Shown here in pieces: positions 10,827-21,085 of a stretch of 64,000 nt of DNA; the stretch's first letter is position 1, and each line of letters begins with the position of its first letter. Under the pieces are notes generated by a model. It did not search any database. It was not told the origin of the DNA and saw only the letters and a program-made list of their open reading frames with translations. Location of the stretch: contig CAWHDR010000001.1 of NCBI GenBank assembly GCA_963828165.1, positions 608,001-672,000 on the forward strand, read 5' to 3'. This stretch comes from an uncultured Chloroflexia bacterium. GTDB lineage: Bacteria; Chloroflexota; Limnocylindria; Limnocylindrales; CSP1-4. A program made the position numbers and the translations under genes.

Positions 10827-12695
10827 TCAGGCCGTGAAGACGAGCGCGTCGACCGCGACGGCCAGGAACAGCAGCGACAGGTAGCTGATCGAGTACTTGT
10901 AGAGCTTGATCGCGCCCGCGGTGGAGGCCTCCTCGGAGGCGCCGCGTCGCCACAGCCCGTATGCCTGCCAGATGAAGACCGCGCCGAGACCGACCGCGGC
11001 GCCGAGGTACAGCGGACCCATGCGCGCGACCGGCCAGAGGATCAGCGAGATCGCGACCATGAGGAGCGTGTACAGCGCGATCTGCCGCGTGGTCTCGGGG
11101 ATGCCCCGGACCACGGGGAGCATCGGCACCCCAGCCGCCGCGTAGTCCTTGCGGATCCGCAGCGACAGCGCCCAGAAATGGGGCGGCGTCCAGTAGAAGA
11201 CCAGCGCGAACAGGATCAGCGCCGGAGCCCCCGACGTCGCCCGTCACCGCCGCCCAGCCGATGACCGGTGGCAGCGCTCCGGCGGCACCGCCGATGACGA
11301 TGTTCTGCGTGGTCGAGCGCTTCAGCAGCATCGTGTAGACGACCACGTAGAACCCGATGGCCAGGAGCGTCAGGAAAGCCGCGAGCAGGTTGACGAACCA
11401 GGCCATGACCACGAACGAGATGACGCCGAGGACGATGCCGAAGACGACCGCGCGCTCGGGCTCGACCTGGTGGGCCGGCAGCGGCCGGCGCCGGGTTCGG
11501 GTCATGAGCCCGTCGATGTCCCGGTCGAGGTAGCAGTTGATGGCGTTGGCGCTGCCGGCGGCGAGCGTGCCGCCGATGAGCGTCCAGGCGACCAGCCGGC
11601 CCCACTCGCCCCACTCGAGGCCAGGGACCCAGCGCGTGGCGAGGACCATCGCAGGCACGGTCGTGACGAGCAGCAGCTCGATGATGCGCGGCTTCGTGAG
11701 CGCGATGTACGCGCGGATCGTGTCGCGGGTCGTGTGTGGGGCCGCTCCTTGTGAGCGAGCGTCATCCGGGCCGGCGCCCACGCCCCGACCCGTTCCGGCG
11801 GGCGCCGTCTGCGCCTCGTAGAAGCTGGCCACCGTCAGGCCGACCAGCAACGCGAAGATCACCGCACCGAGCCCGAGGTGGAGGGTCTGCGACCACCCGG
11901 ACAGGCCGGTCAGGACCTGTAGCCCGCCGACGACGACCTGGATCGCGTAGAGCGCGGCGGCGGCCACCGCGACGCGGGCGATCGTCGGGCCGATCGCGCC
12001 GGGTCCGCCAGGCCACGATCGCGAGCACCGCCACGATCAACCCGACGACCGCGGCCACCCAGCGGTGGAGGACGTGCGCCGACGTGGCCTCGGTGAGAGC
12101 CGGGATGAGCGTGCCGCCCATCAGCGGCCAGTCGGGGAACACCAGGGCGGAGTCGGTCGCGGTGACGCGGGAGCCGAAGAGCAGCAGCGCGAACGTGGAG
12201 AGCGTCGTGAAAGCCGCGAGCAGCGTGAAGCGCTGGCTGCGCGCCGCCACCACTGCCGGCGAGGCGGGCCGGGAAGCCGGCACGCACCGTCAGGAACACG
12301 AGCAGGGCGACCAGCAGAAGCGCCGCGGTCAGGTGCGCCGTGACCGACTCCCCGCTGTTGCCGAGACGGACGGTCTCGCGCCCGAGCCAGGCCTGGAACC
12401 CGACGAGACCGACCGACGCGATGGACGGCCAGAGGAGCGACGGCTGGTCGCGATGATCACGGAAGGCCAGGATGGCGAGGCCCAGGATCTCGAATCCGAT
12501 GATCGCCGCGATGGTCCGATGGACCCACTCGATCCACGCCTTGGGGTCATCGATCGGTGGGAGCAGCTGGCCGTGGCAGAACGGCCAGTCGGGGCAGCCG
12601 AGCCCGGAGTCCGTGGCGCGCACGACGACGCCGACGATGACCAGCAGGATCGCGGTCCCGAGCGTGAGCGCGGCAAGCTTCTGGAAGCGGGTCAA
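10827..12695 (-). CDS. ctaB: Fused heme A synthase (CtaA/Cox15) and heme O synthase (CtaB/CyoE); three frameshifts near 12245, 11988 and 11228
   Basis: [15 protein letters not shown] and the second-half HVLHR (CtaA); [21 protein letters not shown] and WTPPHFWAL (CtaB); TTG start with GGAG RBS. Confidence 0.85.
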
Positions 12696-12849
12696 TGGGT
12701 CTCCTGGCACGCCGGACGCCAGTGCGCGCCGGAACGGGGACGGTGGCGGTCAACGGCCACGCGCATTCTAGCGCGGCATCGGTCCGTCCCCCGCCGGCTC
12801 TCGGAGACGTCGGCGGCGGCCTTCAGCGGCCTCGGCTACGCTTGCCGCC

Positions 12850-13848
12850 ATGACCCCTCGATCCTTCCTCGCGCTCGTGGCCGCGCTCGTCCTTGTGGTC
12901 GCCGCGTGCGGGCCTGCCGCTGAGACCACGTCCCCGGCGTCACCGTCACCCGGTGGCTCGCCTGTGGCGGGTGCGTGCCCGATCACACCCCCACCGTCAG
13001 GCACGCCCGAAGGGTGGGACGTTGGGGCGCAGCAACCCTCGGTGTTCCCGCAGATCATCAACCCCGGTGGCTCGATCGCCTGTGGCCAGACCCGGCTGAT
13101 GTTCTCCTTCCTCGACGATCAGAACGTCCCGGTGGCGAATCCCGACCAGACCGTCGAGGTCGCGCTGTTCGACCTCGGGGCGGATCCGGCCACCCCGGCC
13201 CTGACCGGGCTCGCGACCTTCATCTGGGCGATCGAGCCGACCGTGGGCGTCTACGTCTTCGATGCCGACTTCCCGACGGCGGGGACGTGGGGCGCGCAGT
13301 TCACGAGGACCGTCGGCGACAGCCCACCCGAGGTCATCCGTGTCGGCTTCGACGTGCAGCCGGACGCGGCGGGTGTGGCGGTCGGCGACAAGGCGCCCGC
13401 CTCCGACACCCCGACGCTCGCCGACGTCGGGGGCGACGTGACGAAGATCTCGACCGACGACGAGCCCGTCGATGCCTTCTACGAGACGTCCATCGCCGAT
13501 GCCGTCGCCGCCAAGGAGCCATTCGTCGTCGCCTTCGCGACGCCGAAGTTCTGCCAATCCCAGCAGTGCGGGCCAACCCTCGACCGGCTCAAGCCCATCG
13601 CCACCGCCCACCCGGACGTGACCTTCATCAACGTGGAGCCGTACCAGCTCGAGCTCGTCGACGGTCAGCTCCAACCGGTGCTCACTGGGGATCCACCCCA
13701 GCTGACCCCCGCCGCCTCCACCGACGAGTGGAAGCTCCTCAGCGAGCCCTGGGTCTACGTGGTCGACCGCAATGGGAACGTGACCGCGTCGTTCATGCTG
13801 ATCTTCAGCGAGGAGGAGCTCGAGGCCGCGGTCAGCGCCGTCGAATAG
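12850..13848 (+). CDS. Lipoprotein with thioredoxin-like C-terminal domain (CxxxxC)
   Basis: VAAC lipobox; FATPKFCQSQQCGP; EPWVYVVDRNG.V strand typical of the thioredoxin fold. Confidence 0.7.
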   Translation: MTPRSFLALVAALVLVVAACGPAAETTSPASPSPGGSPVAGACPITPPPSGTPEGWDVGAQQPSVFPQIINPGGSIACGQTRLMFSFLDDQNVPVANPDQTVEVALFDLGADPATPALTGLATFIWAIEPTVGVYVFDADFPTAGTWGAQFTRTVGDSPPEVIRVGFDVQPDAAGVAVGDKAPASDTPTLADVGGDVTKISTDDEPVDAFYETSIADAVAAKEPFVVAFATPKFCQSQQCGPTLDRLKPIATAHPDVTFINVEPYQLELVDGQLQPVLTGDPPQLTPAASTDEWKLLSEPWVYVVDRNGNVTASFMLIFSEEELEAAVSAVE

Positions 13849-13851
13849 CGG

Positions 13852-14218
13852 TCACACCCGCGCGTCCTCGAGCCGTACCGCGAAGCGCTCGTTGCCCTCG
13901 ACCCGGTAGTACACGACCACGGGCTCGGCCGTCGCCTGGTGCTCCGCGAGGTGCCCCGGCGGGAACTCGTTCCCGTTCTCGAGCTCCCCGATCCGGAATT
14001 CGAGCATCTCGCCGCCCGGCCGGCGCAGGCGTGAACCCGCGGACGTCGGCGAGGCCCGATCCATCGATCGCGACGATCACGCCCTCGACGGAGGTGGTCT
14101 CCGGCGGCTCGTCCGGATCGAGGACCGAGGTGTTGCTCAACAGGATCGCGGCGCCACCCGTGACCGCGATGACGATGACCAGGACCACGGCGAACAAGTT
14201 CCGCGTCCGCCGATCCAC
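13852..14218 (-). CDS. Small membrane-anchored beta-rich hypothetical protein; frameshift near 14030
   Basis: N-terminal TM helix; removing one C joins GFT to LRRPGGEMLEF...PPGHLAEH. Confidence 0.6.
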
Positions 14219-14224
14219 CCCGGA

Positions 14225-14917
14225 TCAGGCGCTGGCGGGTGCCGCGGCCCCGGTGCTGCCCGGCGCATGGACGGGCTCGCCGGTGGCACAGCGGGGGCAC
14301 GTGGCTTCGCCCGGTTCGTAGGTCGGCAGGTCGAGCTGCCAGAGCGACCGGAACGGATACGTCCGGCCCGTGGCCGGAGACGTGAGCGTCGCGCGTCCAC
14401 CGCTGCGATCCACGAGCACGACGCAGTCGACGATCTCGCCGCCCATCGCCTCCACGGCCGGGATCATGGCCAGCAGCGAGCCGCCGGTCGTGAGGATGTC
14501 GTCGACCAGGAGCACGCGCTCACCGGGCAGGATCACGAATCCACGCCGGAACTCCCGACGGGACGCGCCGTCCGCGTCGCGCACTTCCTCGGCGAAGATG
14601 CTGCGCAGCCCAAGCTGGCGCGCGGTCTCGAACGCCAGGATCACCCCGCCGGTCGTCGGCCCCGCCACGAGGTCGACCAGCGGGCCAGGGGCGTCGTCGG
14701 CGCCACGCATCCGGGCCGCCCAGAACGAGCACAGCTCGCTGGTCGCGGCGGGATCGGACAGGACCGCGAACTTCTCGACGTACGCATCGGCGTGCCGGCC
14801 GCTCTTGAGCTGGAAGTGTCCTTCGCGAAACGCACCGGAGGCCCGGAACAGGGCCTCGGTCCGCTGCGCGATGCCGGCCCGGGCGGCAAGGTCGAGTGCG
14901 GGCTTGATCGTCGTCAC
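14225..14917 (-). CDS. pyrE: Orotate phosphoribosyltransferase
   Basis: GHFQLKSGRH and the VLLVDDILTTGGS PRPP motif; lies in the pyr cluster. Confidence 0.93.
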   Translation of the reverse strand: MTTIKPALDLAARAGIAQRTEALFRASGAFREGHFQLKSGRHADAYVEKFAVLSDPAATSELCSFWAARMRGADDAPGPLVDLVAGPTTGGVILAFETARQLGLRSIFAEEVRDADGASRREFRRGFVILPGERVLLVDDILTTGGSLLAMIPAVEAMGGEIVDCVVLVDRSGGRATLTSPATGRTYPFRSLWQLDLPTYEPGEATCPRCATGEPVHAPGSTGAAAPASA

Positions 14918-14942
14918 GTGTCCAGTCTACGTGGCGGGCTGG

Positions 14943-16076
14943 TCAGGGCCGGTATTCGACGCCCTTCGCCGATGGCGCGCCGGCCCGATTCGGCAGCGCA
15001 CTCCCGACGAGGTCGAGATGGGTCGTCGCGCCCACCCGGCGGCACTCGGCCGACAGCTCGTCCACGAGCCTGACCGGCAGCGTGGGGTCCGCAAAGATCG
15101 CCGTTCCCACCTGGACGGCCACCGCGCCCACCGCCAGGAAGTCGAGCACGTCGGCGAGCTCGGTCACGCCGCCGATCGCGACGATCGGGATCTTCACCGC
15201 CTGGGCCGCCTCGTAGACGATTCGCAGGGCCACGGGCTTCACGGCCGGGCCGCTCAGGCCGCCGTAGATGTTGCCGAGCAACGGTCGCCGACGACCCGGC
15301 GCGACGGCGATGCCAGACAGCGTGTTGATGGCCGTCAGCGCATCGGCGCCGGCGTCGGCGATGGCCCGGGCGATCGGCCGGATGTCGGCGACGTTCGGCG
15401 ACAGCTTCACGAGCAGTGGCAGGTCCGTGGCACGGCGGACCGCGGCCGTCACCTCGCCCGCCGCTCCGGCGTCGATCGCGAACTGGAGCCCGCCCTTGCC
15501 CACGTTCGGGCAGGAGATGTTCAGCTCGATCCCGGCGATCCCGGGCACGCCCTCGAGCCGGCGCGTCACCTCGACGTAGTCGCCCACGGACTCGCCGGCC
15601 ACGTTGACGATCACCGGCACCTTCCAACCCGCCCATGTCCTGGCGTATTTCTCGACGACGGCGTCGACCCCGGGGTTCTGCAGGCCGATCGAGTTGAGCA
15701 TTCCGCCCGGCGTCTCGGTGACCCGCGGCGTAGGGTTGCCGATGCGCGGCTTGAGCGTCGTGCCCTTGCAGCAGATCGCGCCCAGCCGATCGACATCGAC
15801 GACGTCGCCGTACTCGACTCCGTAGCCGAACGTCCCCGAGGCCACCAGGATCGGGTTCGGGAGCACGAGTCCGCGCCCGAGGTCGACGGAGAGGTCGATC
15901 TCGATGTCGCGGTTGGCTTCGGCGGCGGCCTCGTGCGCGGCCGGGGGTGGTCGCCGCTCGGACATGGCATGGGGCACGAACGGGGCCATCGCCGGCCGGC
16001 TCCTCGGCGGCCTGGGAGTCCGGCTGGCGCCTGCCGGCCGGCCCGAGGACGTGATCACCCGCCGCTTGGCCTTCAC
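14943..16076 (-). CDS. pyrD: Dihydroorotate dehydrogenase family 1B, catalytic subunit
   Basis: NPILVASGTFG, MLNSIGLQNPG, ELNISCPN, KLSPN and GGLSGPAVKP motifs. Confidence 0.93.
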   Translation of the reverse strand: MKAKRRVITSSGRPAGASRTPRPPRSRPAMAPFVPHAMSERRPPPAAHEAAAEANRDIEIDLSVDLGRGLVLPNPILVASGTFGYGVEYGDVVDVDRLGAICCKGTTLKPRIGNPTPRVTETPGGMLNSIGLQNPGVDAVVEKYARTWAGWKVPVIVNVAGESVGDYVEVTRRLEGVPGIAGIELNISCPNVGKGGLQFAIDAGAAGEVTAAVRRATDLPLLVKLSPNVADIRPIARAIADAGADALTAINTLSGIAVAPGRRRPLLGNIYGGLSGPAVKPVALRIVYEAAQAVKIPIVAIGGVTELADVLDFLAVGAVAVQVGTAIFADPTLPVRLVDELSAECRRVGATTHLDLVGSALPNRAGAPSAKGVEYRP

Positions 16077-16942
16077 GACCAGGCTCCCTCCCAGACCAGC
16101 TCCTCCGAGGCGAACACGGGCCCCTCACGGCAGACCCGCTGCGGCACCCCGGTCGTGCTCATCACGACGCAACCCAGGCACGCGCCCACCGCACACCCCA
16201 TGTTCTGCTCCATCGACACCTGCAGAAAGGCCTTTCGTCGCGCCGCCGCCGATCCGGCCGGGTCGCCGCGTCCACCACCGCGCTTCCGACCGAGGCTCGC
16301 GACGCCGAGCCGCCCCCGCCGGCCCTCCGCCTGTCTCGCGAGCGCGGCCAGCATCGCCGAAGGACCACAGGCGAACGCCTGGTCGGCCCAAGCCTCGTAC
16401 TCCGGGACGAGGTCGGTGACGAAACCGTGATGACCGAGCGAGCCGTCATCGGTCGCCACGACGTACTCGATCTCATCGGGCAACAGGCTGGACGGGTACA
16501 CCTCGCGGGAGCTCGCCGCGCCGAACAGCAGCGTCACCTGGCGGCCGTCGCGGATCGCCTCGTCGGCGAGCATCCGGACGCCGGCCATGCCCAGACCACC
16601 GGCCACGAGCAGCAGATGGCGGCTGCGCGGGTCCACCTCGAACGGGCGACCGAGGGGGCCCAGGAGGTCGATCTCATCGCCGGCCCGGAGCCTCGTGAAC
16701 CACTCGGTGCCGCGGCCGATGACGCGGAAGTGGATCGTGATGACGCCGGTCGCGACGTCCGCGGTGTTGACCGAGAAGGGGCGGCGCAACACCATGCCGG
16801 AAAAGTCCCCGGTCCGGACATGCACGAACTGGCCGGCGCGCGAACCGCTCGCGATGGTCGGCGCGTGGTACGCCTGGAGCCACTGACCGGGCAGGATCTC
16901 GCGGCTCTCCACGAGCTCTGCCGCGGCGAGCCGCATCGTCAC
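16073..16942 (-). CDS. pyrK: Dihydroorotate dehydrogenase electron transfer subunit
   Basis: LRRPFS, GPLG, AGGLG, CGP and MGCAVGACLGC...VC 2Fe-2S motifs. Confidence 0.9.
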   Translation of the reverse strand: MTMRLAAAELVESREILPGQWLQAYHAPTIASGSRAGQFVHVRTGDFSGMVLRRPFSVNTADVATGVITIHFRVIGRGTEWFTRLRAGDEIDLLGPLGRPFEVDPRSRHLLLVAGGLGMAGVRMLADEAIRDGRQVTLLFGAASSREVYPSSLLPDEIEYVVATDDGSLGHHGFVTDLVPEYEAWADQAFACGPSAMLAALARQAEGRRGRLGVASLGRKRGGGRGDPAGSAAARRKAFLQVSMEQNMGCAVGACLGCVVMSTTGVPQRVCREGPVFASEELVWEGAWS

Positions 16943-17979
16943 GCGGTCGGGCGGTCCTCCGCGTCCTTGGTGTCGTCGGCGACCTCGGCATCCGCCGCGT
17001 CTTCGACGTCCTCGACATCCTCCGCGGCCACGACGTCGTCGACATCGGCCGCGGCGGCTTCGCCGGACCCGGCGCCTGCTGCCGCGATCCCGGCGTCTTC
17101 CGGCGCCACCGCCGGGTAGGCCTCGGCGAGAGCATCGGCGAGATCCCCGAACACGTCGGTCGGGTCGTAGAACTCGACGAGCTCATCCGCGCCGGACAAC
17201 GTCCGCCACGACCCGTCCGCTTCCTCGGGGATGACCTCGGCCCGGAACTCGCCGGCTGCGGTGAGGACCAGGCGCTCGTCGTCGTCGTCGACGATGACCA
17301 GGTCGCCGAGGAGACCGGAGGCGCCCGCCGCCGCGACCTCGAATTCGTCGAGCAGCCGGGATTCGCTGCGTTGGCTGCGCTCCTGGTACTCGAGGGCGAG
17401 GTCGTACAGGCGACGTGCGGCCGCCTCGTCGTCTTCCAGGGCCGGGGCGTCGCCCTGACCGGCCGCCCATGAGTCGGCCGCGGCGGCATACGGATCCTCG
17501 CCGAGCGTGATCGTCTCCTCGGGAGAGATCCCGGCGGAGTCGAGCAGGTCCTCGGCCGCGGTCGGGGCCTCGGCGTAGCCCGCTGCCTCGCGGGCCGCGT
17601 CGCCGAAGGCCGCGTAGATGTCGGCCGGGTTGTACAGCTCGACGAGCTCGGACGCGGACTCGATGACCTCGGTCTCGCTCACCCATTCGCCGCTGGTCTC
17701 GTCCTGGAACCGGCTGCGGCTCCGGAACGAGAGGTCGGGCGCGATCGAGAGGTAGTCGGGCTCTTCGTCGATGAGCGTCAGGCCGCCGTAGGCAGCGAGC
17801 CGCTCCTTGTGGCGATCGAGGAACCGACGAAGCTGGTCCGTGCTCTGCACGAGGAAGTCGGATCGCTCGAGGGCGGCGTCCGCCGCGATCTCCCCGAGCA
17901 GGTCGTTGCGGCCCGTATCCATGGGTTGCCTCCCGTTCGGTTCATCGCCAGGCGGTCGTGCGTCGCGTCGGATGCTCAT
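16939..17979 (-). CDS. Very acidic hypothetical protein with an internal duplicated domain
   Basis: 346-aa ORF with gene-like codon use; ELVELYNPADIY and ELVEFYDPTDVF repeat; stop overlaps the pyrK start. Confidence 0.75.
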   Translation of the reverse strand: MSIRRDARPPGDEPNGRQPMDTGRNDLLGEIAADAALERSDFLVQSTDQLRRFLDRHKERLAAYGGLTLIDEEPDYLSIAPDLSFRSRSRFQDETSGEWVSETEVIESASELVELYNPADIYAAFGDAAREAAGYAEAPTAAEDLLDSAGISPEETITLGEDPYAAAADSWAAGQGDAPALEDDEAAARRLYDLALEYQERSQRSESRLLDEFEVAAAGASGLLGDLVIVDDDDERLVLTAAGEFRAEVIPEEADGSWRTLSGADELVEFYDPTDVFGDLADALAEAYPAVAPEDAGIAAAGAGSGEAAAADVDDVVAAEDVEDVEDAADAEVADDTKDAEDRPTA

Positions 17980-18000
17980 ATCTCACTCATCGGTGGCGGG

Positions 18001-18327
18001 TCAGCGATGGTATTCGAGGTCGGGCCCCATCCGCTCGCGAAGGAACATCGAATGGTGCCGTTCGAAGATCCACTCGCCGGCTCGATGGCCGAGCGCGCGA
18101 GTGCCTTCGTCGGCTTCGAGCTTGTCGAGCGTGGCGTAGTCGGGGAGGTCGAGGAGGATGACGTTGTCGAAGTCCCAGCCGTGGGCGACGTTGTACCAGC
18201 CGATGAATCGGATCCCGAACTGCAGCTCGTACTCCTTCACCGTGCGCGGAAAGATCGTCCTCATGAAGAACTTGAAGAAGGGGTCGCGGCCGCGGCGAAC
18301 GGAGAAGTAAGTCGCGAGCACAGGCAC
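18001..18327 (-). CDS. Hypothetical protein, possibly a dimeric alpha-beta barrel (NIPSNAP/GYD-like)
   Basis: 108 aa with GIRFIGWY...DNVILLDLPD pattern and natural composition. Confidence 0.65.
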   Translation of the reverse strand: MPVLATYFSVRRGRDPFFKFFMRTIFPRTVKEYELQFGIRFIGWYNVAHGWDFDNVILLDLPDYATLDKLEADEGTRALGHRAGEWIFERHHSMFLRERMGPDLEYHR

Positions 18328-18429
18328 GGGCGCTGCGGTCCTCCTGGTGATGCTGGGACGGTCGCCATTGTCGCACGGGGCTCGGCCGCGACGTTCCGTG
18401 GCAGGCGCACGTCACGAGGCGGCTGCCGC

Positions 18430-18832
18430 TCAGGCTGGGCCGTCCCTCTTGTCGGTTCTTGTCGGGCTCCGCGGCCGCCGCGCTCTCGTCTTCCAGCTCC
18501 CCGACCGTCTTCGTGGCACTTCCCATGGGCCGTCGCCGGCCGCGACGGTCGGCTGCCACGAGCCGGAGCAGGAAGATGATCGTCTGGCCCGTGATCAGCA
18601 GCAGCACGATCACGATGATCAGCAGGGCGCCGCTGACGACATCGGGCCACTTCCAGACCACGGTGAGCGGGGTCAGGACGAGCAGCACGCCCAGCACGAT
18701 CAGCTGGAAGCGGAAACACCCGAGGCCCGGGCCGCGCTCCGGGTCGAGCTCCTCGCCCTTGTACTTGACCGGCCCCGGCGCACGGGGCGGCCGGGGCGGT
18801 GTCGGGTCGGCGGCGGGGTCGGCGTCGGTCAC
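18430..18832 (-). CDS. Hypothetical two-TM membrane protein; probable +1 frameshift near 18458
   Basis: Two hydrophobic helices; removing one A gives TGA at 18430 and avoids a long overlap with the downstream gene. Confidence 0.6.
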
Positions 18833-18890
18833 GAGCCGGAACGATACGGGAGGCGGCCCGTCCGCGCCGAGCGGGCCGAACTCGACCGCC

Positions 18891-19415
18891 TCAGGCCGTC
18901 GTCGGCGCCGTCGCCAGTCCCTCGACGACCTCTACTTCCGGTAGCGCGAGCAGGATCGACGGCGAAGCGATGACCTTCCAGGACCGCGAGCCGCCGCCGA
19001 GCACCACGCGCTCCCGCTGCATCACGCGCGCATCGACCCAGACTGGCAGCTCGGGCGGCAGCCCGAACACCGTCACGCCCCCGATCTCCATGCCCGTGAT
19101 CTCGCGCGTGGACTCGGACGGCGCAAACGACGCCTTGCGAGTCCCGAGTCGGTCGCGCACCGTACGGTTGACGTCCAGGCGGTTCGGGGCAAGCACGACG
19201 CACGCCGCGTAGCGCGGCGGATCGCTCTTTCCGATGACGAGGATCGTGTTGGCGGAGTCCTCCGGCGCGAACCCGTAAGCCTCGCAGAAGGCGGCCGTGT
19301 CGGCCAAGGCTGGATCGCATGCGAACAACTCGTACTCGACCCCGAGGGGCTCGAGGGCGGCGACCAAGCGCTCGCGCCCGGCCGGATCGTGGTCGGGGTC
19401 GTGGTCGGGCGTCAT
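18891..19415 (-). CDS. YbaK/EbsC (aminoacyl-tRNA deacylase) family protein
   Basis: ADTAAFC, ANTILV and ITGMEIGGVTVFGLP...GGGSRS motifs. Confidence 0.85.
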   Translation of the reverse strand: MTPDHDPDHDPAGRERLVAALEPLGVEYELFACDPALADTAAFCEAYGFAPEDSANTILVIGKSDPPRYAACVVLAPNRLDVNRTVRDRLGTRKASFAPSESTREITGMEIGGVTVFGLPPELPVWVDARVMQRERVVLGGGSRSWKVIASPSILLALPEVEVVEGLATAPTTA

Positions 19416-19473
19416 GGGCCGAAGGGTACGACGCGGGGCAGCGGACCAACCGCTGCCGCTACCATCGAGCGCG

Positions 19474-21085
19474 ATGACCGGCCGACCGACGATCCAGCAT
19501 CCGACCGCGCCGCCCGACATCGATGCGTACCTCGCGCGATTCGACTGGCACCCGGAACCAGAGCTGATCGGCTACCGCGACGAGGTTGCCTCCAGGGCCG
19601 CATTGACCGCGCTCGGCGAGCAGACCTGGGCTGCCGCGCTCGAATTCCTGTACGGCACCGCGATGGTCCGCGCCATGGGTGACCCCTCGCCGTACGACGG
19701 TGCGCGCCGCCGCTACTACGGCCCGGATGCCTCCGGCCCGGGTCCCGCACCACTCGCGCCGGCCCCGGCGGCCGACGTGATCGCGGAATTCTCCGATCGA
19801 CTGGCGGGCGGACTCATGAACGCACAGCACCCGCGCCAGTTCGGCTACTTCACCCCGCCGCCGCTGCCGATGTCGATCATGGGTGAGCTCCTCGCGCAGG
19901 TCGCCAACCAGGGCGTCGACGTGTGGCACGCCGGCCCATTCGCGGCCTTCGTCGAGGAGGAGGTCGTGCGCTGGCTGTGCGACCTCGTCGGCTACGGCGG
20001 GGATTCGTTCGGCCTGCTCACGAGCGGCGGGGTCATGGCGAATTTCATGGGCATGACCCTGGCCCGTGACCTGCAGCTTCGTCGAGTGCGCGGCCTGGAC
20101 GGGCCGCCGCGTGGGGCGGCCCTCGACGACGCGCGGGTCTACACCAGCGACCAGACCCACTTCTCGATCGCTCGAGCGCTCGATGAGCTCGGGTTCCCGC
20201 CCGGGACCCTGGTCGTCCTGCCCGCCGACGACGACTTCCACCTGCGTGGGGCGCCCGTCGCGGAAGCGGTCCGGCGGGATCGTGCCGCCGGCCTGTTCCC
20301 GTTCGCGGTCGCAGCCGTCGCCGGTTCCACGAACACGGGATCCGTCGACGCCATCGGCGAGCTGGCCGACGTGGCCGCGGCGGAGGACCTGTGGCTCCAC
20401 GTCGACGCGGCCTATGGCGGTGGCGCCCGGTTGTCGGAGCGGGACCGCGACCGCGTCCGGGACCTCGACCGGGCCGATTCGGTCACGGTCGACCCGCACA
20501 AGTGGTTCTTCCAGGCCTACGACATCGGCGGGCTTGCTGGTCCGCGATGGCCGGGCGCTCGGCGCGGTCTTCGGCGGTCGATCGCCCGAGTACTACCGTG
20601 GGGGCGAAACGCCGGCGGCAGGCCACGGACCCGACCGGCATGACCGCGATGACCACGACGACCAGCTCAACTTCTACAAGCTCAGCTTCGAGGGCACCCG
20701 CCGCTGGCGCGCGCTCAAGCTGTGGATGACCTGGAAGCATCTCGGAACGAACGGGTTCGGCCGCCTGATCGAGGCCAACGACGACCTCGCCGCCCACCTT
20801 GCCGCCAGATGCGCTGCATCCGACGACTTCGACGCCCTGCCTGGTGTCCCGGAGCTGTCCGTTGTCTGCTTCCGCCATCAACCCCCGGGCATGGCCGATC
20901 CGGACCTCGATGCCCACCAGGACCGGCTCCAGGCGGCGCTCGAAGCGTCGGGCGACGGCTGGCTGACGACGACTCGACTTCGTGGCTCGACGTGGTTGAG
21001 AGCCGGCATCGTCAACTACCTCGCGACCGAAGACGACATCGACCACCTGCTCGATACACTGCGTCGCCTCGCGGATCCGGCGTGA
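19474..21085 (+). CDS. Group II PLP-dependent decarboxylase; frameshift near 20535
   Basis: TSGG..AN, HFS, GSTNTGSVD, WLHVDAAYGG and DSVTVDPHKW motifs; C-terminal RALKLW...LSVVCFR in another frame. Confidence 0.85.

Noticed and set aside
14370-16430. Long antisense and alternative-frame ORFs (also 42144-44111, 50494-52686, 37890-39563)
   Set aside because: These are shadow ORFs of GC-rich genes, Arg/Pro/Ala-rich and without motifs.
8860-20545. Programmed frameshifting or pseudogenisation of several genes
   Set aside because: There are no shared slippery sites or stimulators, and the clustered single-base insertions fit sequencing error better.
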